64,000 bases of DNA from Eledone cirrhosa (GCA_964016885.1 OZ024743.1:120776001-120840000); one strand, 5' to 3'; positions 12,489 through 28,495 are shown, numbered from the stretch's first letter. Notes: a model not told the origin generated them from the sequence alone. Numbers and translations are program-made.

Positions 12489-14696
12489 TATTTATAATAG
12501 AATTTTAGGGGAAATGTGTCACATAAAATGTATTAGATATGCACAATGTCATAGTTATCCAAATCAATTAAACTATTATTTGATGTACAGAAGTATCAGT
12601 AAAGTATACTCCTGTATACTTTCTTATGTAGTTCGGCTTATGGTGCTGAGTGTTCCACTTGTTCGATCAATGGAGCGGCTTACACATGGAAAAGATATGC
12701 AAGTTTAATATGTAAGTACCTGAGTGCTCCACAAACACATGGATCCTTCTCACAATTCACTGAGATTCAGCATGACACAGCATGTGACAAGGCTGTTCCT
12801 TTGAATTACAGATACAGTACATCCAATGGGCTTTCAAACTCTCCGTCTATCCAATTTCATTCACAAGGTGAATGGTAAAAGTAATACTTAGGATGCCATA
12901 CTGTTGATTGTAACTAGAACCTCTTAACCATTCAGACATAGTATAAGTAATTCTTGTAGAAATGGAAAACAGTCTTTTTATTATTTACATGAAAGTTTAC
13001 TTACCAAGACAATATAAGTGACTAATACATAGTTTATGTGTATCAGTGTGTTTGTTCTGTAATGTGAGCTCATCTTTTACGTAATATTCAGATTAATATG
13101 CTTTGCCTTTTAAAAAATATATATCTAAACCTCGAAATAGAATAAAAGTAGAATCTTTTTAACGTTGGTATATATGCCTTATAATCTGCGGAGGTAATAG
13201 TAGAGTATCCTAAGAAACTTAGATTATAATAGATATGCATATTTTGGTCTTCATGTAATAAAGATTATTTAAAACATAATTTAAAAAAAGCACAAGTTAA
13301 ATGTCCAAAGTCTGAGGTGAGTCATTAAGATAAGCAGATTACTAACTGTCGTTTAAAAATAAGTTTCTAGTCAGAATCCAATAAAGACTATGTTTACATC
13401 TCCGATTAAGACACCTGAAACTGATCAGTAATAAAAATTATCAAAACACACTGTAGACACACACATTGTAAATAAATGCTCTAGAAGTTGGATATACTAT
13501 ATACTACGACGTATCTTCAAATTCAGATGAATTCATGACATTTCACTGATCAGAAGTATCTATCAAGAGCTGATCAATCCTATTGATTTGAGGAGTGGTT
13601 GTCACTTATATCGACTTTAGTATTGGACATGTCACTATTGTATCGATAGTAGGGCAATGAAAGAAAATATCGACTTAGGTGAATTTTGAACGCAGGAATC
13701 AGATATTAAATAATTAGTGCATAGCATTTCTGTTGATGCACTAAGTATGTACCAATGCACCCCATTCAATGATGCGATTAACAGGCTGAAATGCTAATTG
13801 TTCGCAATTCAATTGTGACATATGTCTAAATCTATATGCACAACGTTTTGTAGGTGTATGTTATGCATACGAAATATTTTGTATCCATTTCAGTTAGAAT
13901 TAAAATGCAGTAAGGTGCGCTATGAATATATTTGAATAAATACACTGAAAATATGTTACATATATGTAGGCATATTCTAAAGGAAAATATCTTACAATTT
14001 AAGCTGGTATATAGGATATTTAATGGAATAATTGATATAAACATTTTATTGGATAAAATTGCCTGAAATTCACACTTGTGAACAGACATTTAAAATATTC
14101 TCAAAAGCATAAATTTACACAAATTATTGAATAATTTCGGATGTTCGTTTGTTGAAAATAATAGATGCGTGTAAGCTAAGAAGCGGTAGTTAACTGCAAA
14201 AGAAACAATTTGTAAACCAGAATCTTATAATTTGAATGTTAGATATTACGTTCATCCAGTACTGACTATATTTTATCAATTCATGTCAGAGATAATACTA
14301 ACCTCATTTTCTCATCTCACTGTGTTTTCTCTGTGTATGTCGACATTAAAAAGTACATAAGAGAATCATTGTTATAGTGATGCATCCTCAATTTGCATCA
14401 TACGAATAAGAACCCTTCAATATATTAATATAATTTTGACTGCTTCTCCTATCTGAGTAATTGTATTAGCAAGACATTTTTTTAATTAAAAAACCTCAGA
14501 GTTATAGTGGCATGCAAATGGAATGTGATATGTTCTTTTTTTTTTAGATGCAGATAGTGAAACTAAATGGGAATTTAAATGAGAATCAATAGCGTAAGGC
14601 AAAGTTCAATTATTGAGAAACGATGTTTGTATCACTAGACTGAAATAGATTTGCTTAATTGAAAAAAGAATTCTGATGATCATTATTATGATCTAC

Positions 14697-15086
14697 GCGG
14701 TGAATTGGCAGTATCGGTAGAGGGTCGGACACCATACTTTGACGCATAGAGTTACGGCCCTTGCCATTCTGAGTTCAAATCCTGCCGAGGTTGACTTTGC
14801 CTTTCATCCTTACGGGGTCGATAAAATAAAGTACCAGTAATACACTGGGTAATTGCTGGCATTGTGCCTAAAGTAGAAACAATTATTATGATCTACGTGG
14901 TGGATTGGCAGTATCGGTAGAGGGTCGGACGCCATGCTTTCCAGCATAGTTACGTCCCTTTACAATCTGAGTTCAAATCCCGCCGAGGTTAACTTTGCCT
15001 TTCATCCTTACGGGGTCGATAAAATAAAATACCAGTAATGTACTGGGTAATTGCTGGCCTTGTGCCTAAAATAGAAACAATTATTA
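14697..15086 (+). mobile_element. Two tandem full-length Meta-core tRNA SINEs (14697-14888, 14897-15086)
   Basis: Two complete head-core-tail units. The 15-mer attattatgatctac occurs at 14682-14696, 14882-14896 and 15080-15094. Confidence 0.92.
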
Positions 15087-15279
15087 TGATCTACTCGAAG
15101 TACGAAAATCTGCTGCTTAAAATATTAACTGTTTTGTACGTTACAGAAGATATCAGGAAAGACAGATGTGGTGGATGTACTTTGTGCTTAAAAAGAATTG
15201 TATCCGAAATAATATCGGCAAGAGAAAGGGAAACATAATAAGATGCGTGTGTGAGTGATATCGATAGAAAGATGAATAT

Positions 15280-15440
15280 ACATGGCTCGGTTATTAAGGA
15301 GTTCGATCTGTAATCACATGGTACTGAATTTATCCTTACTGCTGCTCAGGACTTTGGGCAACTATCTTTTACTATAGCCTCGAGTTGACCAATGCCTTGT
15401 GAGTGGAATATGATAGACGTAAATTACAGAATCCCGTCTG
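15280..15440 (+). mobile_element. Old tRNA-derived SINE (different family, CORE-like central segment)
   Basis: tRNA-like head tggctcggttattaagg, ctttgggcaa..tcttttactatagcctcg and aatgccttgtgagtgga. A related inverted remnant lies near 12825-12930. Degenerate. Confidence 0.5.
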
Positions 15441-15447
15441 TATCTAT

Positions 15448-15484
<37 letters not shown>

Positions 15485-15656
15485 AGTATGTATGTATGTA
15501 TACGTACATACATATGTGTATACAAACGTACAGTAGTATGTATATATATATATACATACATGCACACATATATATATGTACGTATCAGTTCACCGAACAT
15601 TTATTATAATGCTCGGTTTGTTTGTTTGTAAACAAATAAACAGCCCGAATTACGCC

Positions 15657-16190
<534 letters not shown>

Positions 16191-16331
16191 TTCATTTATA
16201 TATATATATATATAAATATATATATATATAAGGAACCAAATATATATATATATATATATAAGGAACCAAATAAATATATATATTTAAAAAAAAATAAGAC
16301 TCCAGTTGCATTTTCGATTTCATCTTTCTTT

Positions 16332-16428
<97 letters not shown>

Positions 16429-16484
16429 CATATAAATACATATACATACATATATATATAAATATATATAAATGATTATATATG

Positions 16485-16529
<45 letters not shown>

Positions 16530-19500
16530 ATGCATCGTAACATAGCGGTTCAACAGGAAAAAGACCGATAAAATTAATGCCAGGTATTGATACGATCGAC
16601 TAAATCAGGGCGGGCTCCCTTCACGCCCGCTGCCCATTGACTGAAACGTGTAAAGAAATACAAAAAGATAAAGAGATATGAGTGACGGGTCATACCAAAG
16701 GAATCTGGCTTGTTGCATGTTCTTCTTTTAGATGAAATTCAGATATGTGTTCTATATTGTAAGCTAGGTTGCGTTTATGATGTAGCTGGATAATACCTCT
16801 ACAAGAATAATGTATTTTTGTCCTGATCAGAAAACCCATATAAATATGTGATCTCCATCATCGGCCATCAAAGGTTGTAATACCTAGCTTTTGTAAAGCT
16901 TGTAGATTTAGACTTGTAATATTAGTAATATTAGTTAGGCTGGAGAGGAAGTGAGTGGGATTGCATGGTATGTATACTTATTGTTTATTGATGCAGTTTA
17001 ATGGATTGTTTCTCCAACCCATAATGTATACTTAGTACATGTTCATAGAAAATATAATGGGTTTTGTTAAGATGTATTACGTTAGCTAAGAGTTCACATG
17101 CTATAAGAATGGAAAATGCTCTTAAAGTGCAAACTTATAATATATGATTAGAAAGCCTCTACGTTACACTAGATACACCCTTATGCTTCAAATTTTTTAT
17201 TTCCTTTTTTTTTAACCGAAAATAGTATGTCCAGAAGAGTACCTGTTTCATGAATGCGGAATAGAATTGGAAAATCTTCTGTCTAAAGGGAAATCTGGCG
17301 AATCTTTCAATGTTGATATTCTCTAAGAAAGATACCACCCGAAAGTCTGAGCTAAAACATTGAGACGATGGTTCATAAAGATAACTCTGTTGCTCACCTA
17401 ATTCCAGAACACCGTCAATTAGCCAGCATCTAAAAGTAAAAGGGCTTGGGGCAAATATTTTGGAGCAAAGTAGTATCATTTTTCTGAAGTTAAGCTCGTA
17501 TGTCATGAGACATAGATTATTTAATCATGAAGTATATTGATCATACAAAATTACAAAGAAGCAATGGTTTTTAAATTAAATGCAGTCTTGAATTCTACAT
17601 ACAAAGAATTCTGTTAAAATAGTTTGGTAATCTGTATAGACGAATTAATTCTAAATAAAATGCACACGTCCATCAATTTGCACATATTAATAGAAATACC
17701 TATTTTACTTGCATATTCAAGGTACACAACTGAGACTCAACTGTGACATATTAACATAACTATATATTTTACTTACTTATTCAAGGTGCTCAACTGTAAT
17801 TTTCAGGACGTATTATGGTAATATCACGAAAGAGTAAATTTTGAAATTATTAGAAAATTCATTGAAAGCCTTCTGTTAAATAAATGTCTTATTTGTTTAA
17901 ATAACCCTCGTGTGAAAAGGTAAGTAATATTATTTCCTTTGCAATAGTTTTCAAAATTTATCTACTTTAAACTTGTTGACACACTAACTCCGCTACTTTG
18001 ATAAATGTTCATGTTTTCCTACCAACTTGATGCTTTCCAAGTGCAGAAAGACTTCCAGTGACAAGAACTGCTTACACGTTTGAATTAAGATTTGTTTAAA
18101 ACTATATCGCTTGGTTTACATATATACATTTTATTGTAATTCTCGACATTAATTCATTTATACGGTAGTATAATCAAGTATAAAATAGTAATAAATCAAT
18201 GCAAATTAATTGTTTAAATCTCTTGTTTTCGTTATTGATGTTGCCATTTCTCATATATCACTCTATTTTAATCTTTATTAACTATTCGCATCAGTAACTA
18301 ATTTTCTAGTATTTTACATTATTTAATAATATTTCAAACGCTTTTTTACAACAGGATAGTGTTTACAAATTATGAGCTGAAGCATGTTAAATTATAGTTT
18401 GAGATTCTATGTTAATGCCGTGAAAAGCACAACTGATATACTAATTACATTTTATGAAAGATAGAAATAATTTGTAGTCACTATCTACTGTTCTAAAATC
18501 TAAACTATTGGATGTCAAAAATGGCAATATTTATAATGGAAAACATTCTTTGCAAATAATACATAAATATAGCTAATGTAAATTGCTAACTGTTCTATGA
18601 AACATATTCAAAGTAAACCAAACGACTTAGAAAAGCAATCTAATTGGATTGTGTAATGATTATCTGTGGAATGTACATTTGGAAATGAATAATTAGACAT
18701 CTTTTAAATTAAATTCAGTATGTCAAATTATAACTTATATTATCCAAAATGTACATCATATACTCAATTTTTAAGACTTGAAATGAATTAAATTTATCTT
18801 TGCTTTCTTATTAGCAATTCAGATGCTCGTTTTCTAATCAGCAATTTACCCTATTTGTTAAATGGGATCTTAAATTTATATATAACAAAGTTTAATTTGT
18901 AAATATATTTTTCTCAAATCTGTATTTATTTTGTTCATATAATTTTAATGCTCTTCTCTTTCTATTCAGAACACTTTTCTTTCATATATTCTTCTTTGTC
19001 ATTTTCTCTCTTTTCTTTCTTTTAAAAATTATTTCGAATTAATATTCCATATTTCTTTGAAAGCGAGTGGCTGAATGCCTCCCAAACAATGATTTCAAAT
19101 GGAAATTCTTCTGAACTCTAATATTTTCACTTGTATTTGAGATATTTTATTTCATTTGTTAGCTTTCCTTTCGGTTTACCTTTCTTTTCTTTGTTTTAAT
19201 GTATTCGAATAAAAGGATTTTTTTCAAAATGGGATTTGGTCATAATCACTTCAAAATATATCTATATTATCATCTGAATGGCTCCGAGTACAAATCATAT
19301 ACTAAGAATGTGTCATAATAGTTAAAACCTAAGGTAGATTTTCATATTTGGAGAGTATTAAATAGCAATAATTAAAAGAAGAGTATTTATATAGTTTTAA
19401 TAAAAACAAAACAATCATTGCTTAGTATTTCATTTTTATTATTTCTACTAATTTAAATTATTTTAATTCTCGCGAATTGAAAATACTGCCAAATATCGAT

Positions 19501-20148
19501 TATTGAACAACTGTTCCCCTTTATGAAAGAAAAAACATTTGAAAATATGCTAAATAACGACATTATTCCTTTAGGTTTTCTTAGTTTTAATACAATAAAC
19601 ATCAGTTTATGCAGATGAAAAAAAGGCTGCAAAATTCGTTGGATCAAACTTACGTATAGGTAAACATTAGCAGATAATCATATCAAAGTTAACATTTACT
19701 CCCGCAAAATATAACATTCTAACAGTATAATTAGAATATGACGTTAAACGATAAATACTTAAAATGCATTTTTTGCTAATCAACCTTTGCCAAATGTCTA
19801 ACTATATACTCCAGTCCAAATTATTTAACAGGAAATTACTTTTGCTACGCATAGTCTTTAGACACATAAAATAAATGTACCCAAAATACATAAGTCCTAC
19901 ACCATTCATTTGCATGAAAACTAAGGCTATTGAGCAACTATCCAACTGCGAAATATTTCTTTTGTATCACGTTATGACGATAAAAAAGGCGAACTTATTT
20001 ACTGCATAGGATTAGTGCGTAAAAGGAAACCAAATAAATGCTTGATAGAGTTTTAAAATATATTTATACATAAATATCTACCGCATAGGATTAATGCGTA
20101 GGAAGAAGCCAAGTGAATGCTTGATAAAAATACACACACACATGCGTA

Positions 20149-20202
<54 letters not shown>

Positions 20203-23199
20203 CGTGCGTGTGTGTATGTGTGTGTGTGTGTGCTTGTTTGAGAGAGAGAGTGTGAATATGTGTGCGTGTGTGCGTATGTATGTGTGTGTATATGAAGTTT
20301 GTATGTGTGTGTATATGAAGTTTGTATGCCATAGTACAATGTTATAGCTACACACAGGCAAGCTAAATGAAATATGTATGATAACTCAAACATTATTATT
20401 TGTTTACTCATTTATTCTTTTACCTGTTCCAACCTGCGGGCTATGGCCATACTAGCGTATAACTATCATTATTCTGTAGTAATTTTCTTCATGCAGTTTT
20501 TATGCAGTTAGAAGCCATTTATCGCAGACTTATGGTGAATAAGAAATGAAAACCCTATCAGGTGTATGTCATATTTATTTCGTAGTATAAGGTGTAAGAA
20601 AAATTGAAACGAATCCAGAAATTAAACTCGAAATTGAATAAATAGATTATTTAAAAAAAAACGGAAAGTAGAAGAAAGAGATTTAAATAGCTTTCATCAT
20701 CATAAAAAAAAAATATATTATATGTATTATATGGATATGTTTTAATAGACATGCAGGCGTGCCCAACAGCATTTAGACCATACACCTAAAACATTCAGCA
20801 CTAACATGATTTATGCTTCAAAATATCACAAATTTCAATAGGTGTGCTGTTGTCGCATACTCGTGGTTCTGAAAAACAGATTACGTATTAGTAATGGTTT
20901 CTTTATTGTCGACTAAAGAGGATGGAGTAGGAGAGGGTTACATAATAGACAGAAGTTGACCGGAAAATAAAGATCTTGTCTGTATAAACATAAATTTCCT
21001 AGGTCCCAAATGATGAACAGCCATATAGACAACGCCATGTAATTCAGATTACTCCGGCGAATAAAGATAAGTGCATTCATTCCGTTTCAGTCAATGGCCT
21101 ATTGAATGAGGTCCATATTCACTACACTATCACACTTTTCCTTGAATTGGTTAAAGAACAATGATTACTTACACACAACAACTTCCACTTCAAGTGCGAC
21201 TTAAAGATGTTGATGTGGGGAAAACATTTATCCTCACAGCTCTCATATTAATAGAATAAGTTGATTGATTATAAAATTTCACATACTTTATGCATCTATT
21301 TTATTTATTACATTTATTTTCTTTGAGTAAAATACCGTCATTTACATGTGAAATTGATACATATTTGGTACCACAATCGGTAATAAAAAATGGATTGAAT
21401 ACGGTGCAGGTCAAGGACTTTGCAGCAATTATTTTGGATATGTTTGTTCTTATTAACAGAAACATCATTGAAAACAATTCAAATATACTCATCAAGGATT
21501 GAAGCAGAAAAGAACATCCACTCTGGTAGATATAGTGCTCACTTCTGTGCCTAAAATATCGACTAGGCTGTTGTCAAGAAATACTGAAACTTTAAGCATA
21601 TTTTGAAATATAAAAAATACCGGGCGTAGATATGAAAATGAAGACAATATATAATAATTGATTCTCCTAAATCAGATAAAGATGAACATATATAAAAAAA
21701 CATAATGATCATAATAAGCTCACAAGTCCAAAATAGCTCTGTTAGTCACGAAACATTCCATGTAAGATACTTTCAAATCAACATCATACCTCACATTGTA
21801 CACATCACACAAAACAAACACTATAGCCACATCCTCCTCCACAATAACACAACTCATGCAACACGAACCCCAGAAAATAACCACCAAATCAGTGAGAAAT
21901 AGTAGCCAAATATAAATTAAATTACGCCATCTTAAATACAACTAACACTAACAAGTACAGCTATCACAAGTCTACACTCTTAAAGTTCTGCACATACACC
22001 ATGAATGTGAACCTGGTAGTGTCGTGGAACATCACATGATTATATATATATAATTAAATATAACAATTACTAACTCTGGGGTTGGTGGACCAAGGATGTA
22101 GCAAAGCAAAGAATACTCCATCGGGATCAAACCACGAGATAATCTTAAAGGAATATCTACATATTCTACAATACATGATGTCAATTTTCACCTGTGCAGT
22201 GTACATTCTTAGATAATGCACCATATTTTATAATGACATCTGACACAAGCACCTAGGAAATATAGCGTATAATATAATGAAGATCTTTCTATGTCTTCCA
22301 GCAATAAGAAAATATTATGTAAATTTAGCATACAGAGATACCACCAGATACTATATAATAATCTTAAAATTGATGTCCACATTCCTATTGGTAATTGCCT
22401 TATAATACTTGATATAGGAATGCATTTAATGAAAATGGAGTATAGGAATACTCTGAAAAGCTAAAGAATTACATCGACTTACCTGTTTGATTATGGCAGT
22501 CATGAAATACCTTAATAATCGCAGTTATGTATACACAAAACATATAAACATATGAGGATAGAGATACGAACGTTATAAACATTCCAGAAAACTTTTAAAG
22601 CATTATCACAGTGCATATTTCCCATGATGTACCTAATTCCTTTTGAAAGAAGACCTTGATGTTTTTCAAAAAGCATGAATGGCAAAGAAAAGAAAATGAG
22701 TGTAAGCCAACCTAGGCACAAAATGACAGGCGTTCATGGAGGGTAAATAAACACAAAATGTTCTCTACTCTACGGCTTCTGCCACTCGATGTTGCCTGTT
22801 TCGGCGGAAAAATAACATTGAGTTACACATAAACAAAACTCCGCCTTGCCATTAGAATACAACCGATGACAACATCAATGTCAAAATTAACAAGAAAATC
22901 ATAAATCTCATCTTATATGGATCCCAATACGCAAAACTAATACCTAACGTACATATTATATATGATTATTACATAAACACACACTACATTAGGGAGTTAG
23001 CAGATAATGAATGTGACTTTTACAACTACCCACATCCTTCTGATGACCGAATGCTGAAGCTGAGGCATTACTGTACCAGCTCATGCAATTCTTGCACTTA
23101 ATTCAACCTATTCCCTTCCGTCATTCATGAATTCATGAACACGGCTACAAGATACTAGGACTTCTTCACCTGCTTCTCACTCATATGTAGAGTGCACTG

Positions 23200-24330
23200 C
23201 GCAGGCTTCCTAGGTGGGACGGGTGTCTCAGTTTCACAACACTGAGATTCATTCCAGCCGGGCATCACTCAGCAGCAAATCTACCAAGTGCCTTTCGGAG
23301 ATCATCTTCTAATAAGTTATATAATACTGTCTTCTGAAAATTCCAGCCGACTGCTCCTACACCTGCAAGTCTTGAGACCACTTCTAAACCGGCTGCGCAT
23401 GTCCATACTGTTCATGAAGATTATGAAGTGGAGAGTTGATAGTACGCATACGTGATGGAGTTCAACGCCCACAATTAGTGGTTTCGATTTAGCACCATTT
23501 ATTAGGCTAGATGAAGCTCTCCATCAATCTCATACTCCTGTACAACCTTCCATTGAACAGGTCACATTGAACGAGATTGTATGCCTTTTTGAGGTATACG
23601 AAGCAAACATACGCGTCTTGGCAGTTATTCCACGATATTTTGTGCCGCGACCCGAGTAAAAAATACATTGTCTATGAGCTAGCTAGGACTCGACAATTTC
23701 TTTGGCAAGTACTTGGCATAGATTTTACCGGGGAAATTTACCACCAGAGCCTCTATATTTGGAGCAATCCCACTTGTCTAATCATTTGAAAGCTAACCAT
23801 TGCTTAGGTGCCTCTCCAGAAATCCAGGCCACCCAACACACACGGGCCAGCCAGAAAATACCTTCTCTATCTAAGACGTTTAACATCTTTTAACATCTTT
23901 TAATATACTCGCCATATACCTTGACAAATTTGAGCTCTTTATTTGCTCGAGTGACCTTAGCCTCCAAGAGATTAGTCATCGTTCCCAGATGCACCTTCTT
24001 TACATCAGAAGATGTTGTTGTGACCAGGTTTAGGGGATCAGCAAAGTATTCTCTCCAGCTCGCTAGGATGCACCTCTCTGAAGATAGAAGAAACCTAGTC
24101 GTGTTCCTGATAGCAACTGTGGAGGATGATTTCTTATTACGAAGTCGGCAGATGGGCTGCCAGAATACTTTTTTTGTTGATCTGATCAGATTCCAGCTTA
24201 ACCCCCAAATTCTTCCATGTCTTAACTTTGGACACTGTGACCTTTCGCGCCTGCATGTATTGCAAGTGCAAAAAAGAAGACTTACTTTCAAGCCAAGCTT
24301 TGTAGGCTTCCTTATTTTTTAGGATGGGAC
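23200..24330 (-). mobile_element. Decayed RTE-clade LINE (Rex3/Expander-like linker region)
   Basis: ORF 23890..24291: KVFWQPICRLR..LLSSE..ILASWREYFADPLN..EAKVTRANKELK..KVYG resembles the RTE EN-RT linker (KRFWQTIRRLR..RWKEYFEDLLN..EV..V.K.L..KAPG). Confidence 0.7.
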
Positions 24331-26050
24331 CATTGTATCAAGATGTCTTCCTGCCAGCTGGCGCCACACCAGGTCGCTTTCACCTGCAACATTTAACATT
24401 TGAAGAAGAAACTGCTGACAATTACAACTTCATGTTACAAATAAAACAAATGAGAGACAACAGCGGGATGAACATGTTTGAGAATGTACAGATATTTTTA
24501 AGAAACAATAACAAGATTTCAGGAATTGAAATTTCACAGCTTATAGAAAGTATAACTACTAAAAGTAAAACAAGAAAACAACTACACAGAGGAAATGATC
24601 TACTTCTAAACAAGGAAATATCACGTCAAAACCTGTAATGTTTCAAAACCATCACGAAAATAACATAATTGAAACTAGTAAAATACAATAAATCAACACT
24701 CAATGGAAATGGGAATTAATTACGTCCACTACCCAATCAACAAACAAGGCATTACACACAGAAAAATTGACACAAACCAACTAAAATCCAAAACAACGAT
24801 GAAGACCACAAAAGCTTCTATAGAAATACTAAGAAACAATATCCTTGACCTTACACCTAACAACAAACAAATACATAAATCCATCACTGCAGAGCAACCA
24901 AAATTAATTCTGAAGAGAACCTAGCAGAAATAATAAAAACAAAATACAAGAGAACATAACAAACCCGATGAACAAGGATCAAATAAAATACTCGTCAAGT
25001 CTGCATAGAAACAGGCAGCTAGGCGAAAGAATAAATAAATTTAACAGGACTCTGCTAGAATATCTGTTAATAGCAAACACCGAATATCGGCAGATTAAAT
25101 GGTGTGATCTATTCAATAACCAAGGCAATACTGAGACAAACCAGGAATGATCTCAACAGAATGAAGCATTCAGTTACACCCAGTCCTGAAAAATGGAAAT
25201 TTATAACTATAAAATTGACAAAAACAACAAACGACCTAGCCTCACTTAGCGAAATAAATGTTTAGCGAAGATTGGAGTGAAGTTAAAAGAGGTCATAATA
25301 GAAAAGACACACAGGATAGGATATTCGTAAAAAGAAGAAAATGATGTATTTGAATAAAATAACATCACATTTTACATGGATATTAGGAAAATATAAATAA
25401 CATTGGAAGATATATCAATATTAAAGCATACTTTGAATATAGAACATAAACATTCAACGCAATAAATCAATCGGATTGGGAGACGAAAATATAATAGAAC
25501 CGAATGCTAAGTCAACATTACCAGTAAGAAACGCACGAACACAAATACAAGCAACCTAAAAGTTCTGGGACTAAGAGGGGCCTCAGTGTTTTGGCTGAAG
25601 TACCTGAATGGATCATTTTGTGATTGTGGAAGTATTTAATGTACTGCTAAGCAGATAAAAATCAACAATTGTCTTGCTGATAGAGGGGGAAATGATAATA
25701 ATTCTCTAAACCCAAAATAGCAGAAACCTCAAAATAGTGTCTGATAACATGTCTACCGACAACATATATTCAGATAACTAACGGGCTGCTTACTTATCTG
25801 GAGAGCAATAAATAATAAAATAAGGACAGAATGAGTGTCGGAAAGGGATGTATGTAAATAGATAGTAGTTATTTGCGAACAGAGCTAGTATAGAAGAGAG
25901 TGAAAAAAAGAAAACAAACCATAGCATAGCTTGGATTGATTACCAAAATTATTTGATAATATACCACAGTCTCAGATACCGAATTAATACACATAAATAT
26001 TGTAGTCACTATACTTTAGTATACTGACAAAATGCATCAACCATATCATG
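24330..26050 (+). mobile_element. Old Dong/R4-like LINE relic
   Basis: A-rich sense strand with ITCLPTTY (~25745) and SIAWIDYQ..FDNIP (~25925), characteristic R4-clade RT motifs. Heavily interrupted. Confidence 0.55.
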
Positions 26051-26364
26051 CCAAAGTTGAAAGGAGCTAAAGAAAATAAAAGAGAGGGTAAATATAACCA
26101 GTCCTATATACATATGAAGAAGAAACGTCCAGATGATGTCATTATCCACTCTACTCTTTTGCCTAGCACTGACACCAATAATAAACCTGTTAGTAATATA
26201 TATATATATATATATATATATAATGGGAAAGATGATTTCGAAGTTGATTTCGGTGGGAATGTCCCAGCGTTACGACATCGCAAAAGACACTTTGGGGAAT
26301 AGCAAAGTACTCTCTATCGGACGTTACATCACTTGATAGTCACTGTACAACAGAAATATAATGA

Positions 26365-28045
26365 TGATGATGATGATGATGACAATCCTACAAACATTTG
26401 CAAGAATAAGCATAGGAAGACATCTCAATATTGGAAATCTGGTAAAGATAAGGTACCACATTTATGGATTTCCTCGCTTTCATGCGCACAGACAATGTTA
26501 GTCCTACTGTTCAATGAAGTTATGAAAGATCCTGAAAAAGCACCTGATTAGGATAACATGTGGTATTACGTACTTTCTACCAAGGAATCGTGAGACTAAA
26601 GATAAAAATCATCTATTGACCCATGACCTGTTTATCCACCACGTATAAGGTTTTAACATCTATTCCCATGGAGAAAGCATAAGCATTTATGGAAGAGAAC
26701 AACCATCCCCCTATTGAACGAATAGGACGCCGATAAGGTTCATATATATGTAATGATCAACTCTTAATCGTATGATCATTGAGAACTGCCATAAGCGCAG
26801 AAATCTAAGTTCCGCATGGATTGATTATAAAAGAAGCTTTTGACGGTATACCATACTCATGGATTCTAAAATCGCTGGATATCTTCAAAATTTCTCCTGA
26901 AATTTCAAACCTTCTCAAATATAATATGTCATTTTGGAACACGAATCTCCAATTATATCATTCCAATGGAGTACTAAGTTCAAACAATATTAACATTGAC
27001 TGTGGCATTTTCCACATTTTCACTTCTAATATTTTGCATAGCTCGAATACCCCTTACAATTGAACTTAAAAGAACAAGTTACGTATATAAATTCATAACA
27101 GGAAAATAAGCCATATATTTCATACGGAGAACCTAAAGCTATACGGTAAAGAGAATGGTGAGCTTGAACTCATGTTACGTACTGTGGAAGTGTGACTTCG
27201 AGATGGAGTTTGGGTTTGATAAGTATGCCAAGGCCACTCTCATGTAAGAGGAGTTGATAAACATAAATTCAGCCGAACTGGATATTGAAATAGTTATAAA
27301 AGAACCCTTTTAGGAGCAACCCTGTAAATACTTAGGTGTAAAAGAAGGCTCCGGCATCCAGCATGGCAATTTTTGCATGGCAAATATATGGCACGTAACA
27401 AACAAGTTGATGTTCACCAGAAAAACACCCATCAGTGGCTAAGTAGCTCAGGGATTAAAGCTGAGTGTGAATGCTTCATCTCAGCTGCCGAACATCAAAG
27501 CTTGTAAACACGGAATTATCAAGTCTACGTGAGGAGAAATTGAGTAGATCCAAAGTGCCGATTCTGCAATGATGCGATTGAATCAGTGGACCACTTAATC
27601 TCTAGATGTAAGGTTTTAGCGCCAATATAGTACAAATCAATAAATGAAAGAGCTGACCAATATATCCCTGCGTAATTTGTTGAGATTATAAAATCAAAAC
27701 TGATTACAAGTGGTATACACCCTGAGGCTGTAACTGACGAAGAAGATGTAAGAACTCTTTAGGACATACAAACAGAACCATGAAAGTTAATAGACCATAT
27801 ATTGCTGTAAAAGACGAAAATAGCGAAGTATGCCTATTGATTGATATGTGCATCCCATATGATCACAATATTGCAAAAGAATTTGACAAGCTCAGAAAAT
27901 ATTGAAATAAAATGTATGGCATCTCAAGGTTTTTGCACTAGGAATAATAAAAAAAAGGGACAGAATATTATTTTTAAATGATCCCTGGCTTACCATCACT
28001 GCAAGAAGTGGAAAAAATTGTTTTAACTGGTACGGAACATTTACC
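26365..28045 (+). mobile_element. Dong/R4-clade non-LTR retrotransposon relic (RT, CCHC, RLE nuclease)
   Basis: WKSGKDKVP.LWI, TCLSTTYK, AWIDY..AFDGIPYSWILKSL, CGIF, MEFGFDKYAK, KYLGV, CRFC..ESVDHLIS.C.VLA, RP.I..KD..CLLIDMCIP.D, in canonical order with frameshifts and deletions. Begins at a (GAT)n tract. Confidence 0.85.
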
Positions 28046-28289
28046 TTTATTAGATTATATTCCATAACTCTTTAGGTTGCAAATAATTAAATACTCTTAT
28101 AGGGTTGAATATTATTACGTTGTAAATATGATTTCAAACAGATAATGTGCACATGTTTAAAGAAAATGATATACATGTAATGGTATAAAGTGAGTGACGT
28201 GAACAATACAGCGTTTCTATTACGTGGCTTAACAACATATGCAGTGATTTTCTCCGCCCTATGTCTCGGAAAGACACTCGGCAAGAAAT

Positions 28290-28495
28290 GAAAACAAAAC
28301 TGAAGGGAAATAAAAAAATATTAATAATAATGTGCGACCATTTTACAGTGGCTAGAAAGCCTGACATTGTGGTCATAGAAAGGAAGAATAACAAAGAATG
28401 TATTGTGGATATTACTTCACCGTGGGACCACAAGGTGAATGCTAAAGAAAGTGAGAAAGTTGAGAAATACCAGGAGCTGAAGAGGGAACTAGGAA
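28290..28495 (+). mobile_element. R4-type restriction-like endonuclease fragment
   Basis: ORF 28261..28551: ARKPDIVVIE..ECIVDITSPWD..EKVEKYQELKREL, a PD..D RLE motif. Confidence 0.8.

Noticed and set aside
14682-15094. Repeat-spacer-repeat pattern superficially like a CRISPR array
   Set aside because: Eukaryotic context, the spacers are homologous SINEs and the repeats are TSDs.
17159-17506. 115-aa minus-strand ORF without low complexity
   Set aside because: No recognisable motif or splice context; could be decayed TE sequence. BLASTP/tBLASTn would be needed.
20740-21030. Possible Tc1/mariner transposase remnant (similar doubt for 5100-5760 and 50820-51430)
   Set aside because: Only vague similarity; no TIR pair or DDE/D motif could be shown by eye.
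23040-23080. CTGATGA followed by a small stem (also CTGATGA at ~14673)
   Set aside because: No correctly placed GAAA, stem III or stem I, so not called a hammerhead.
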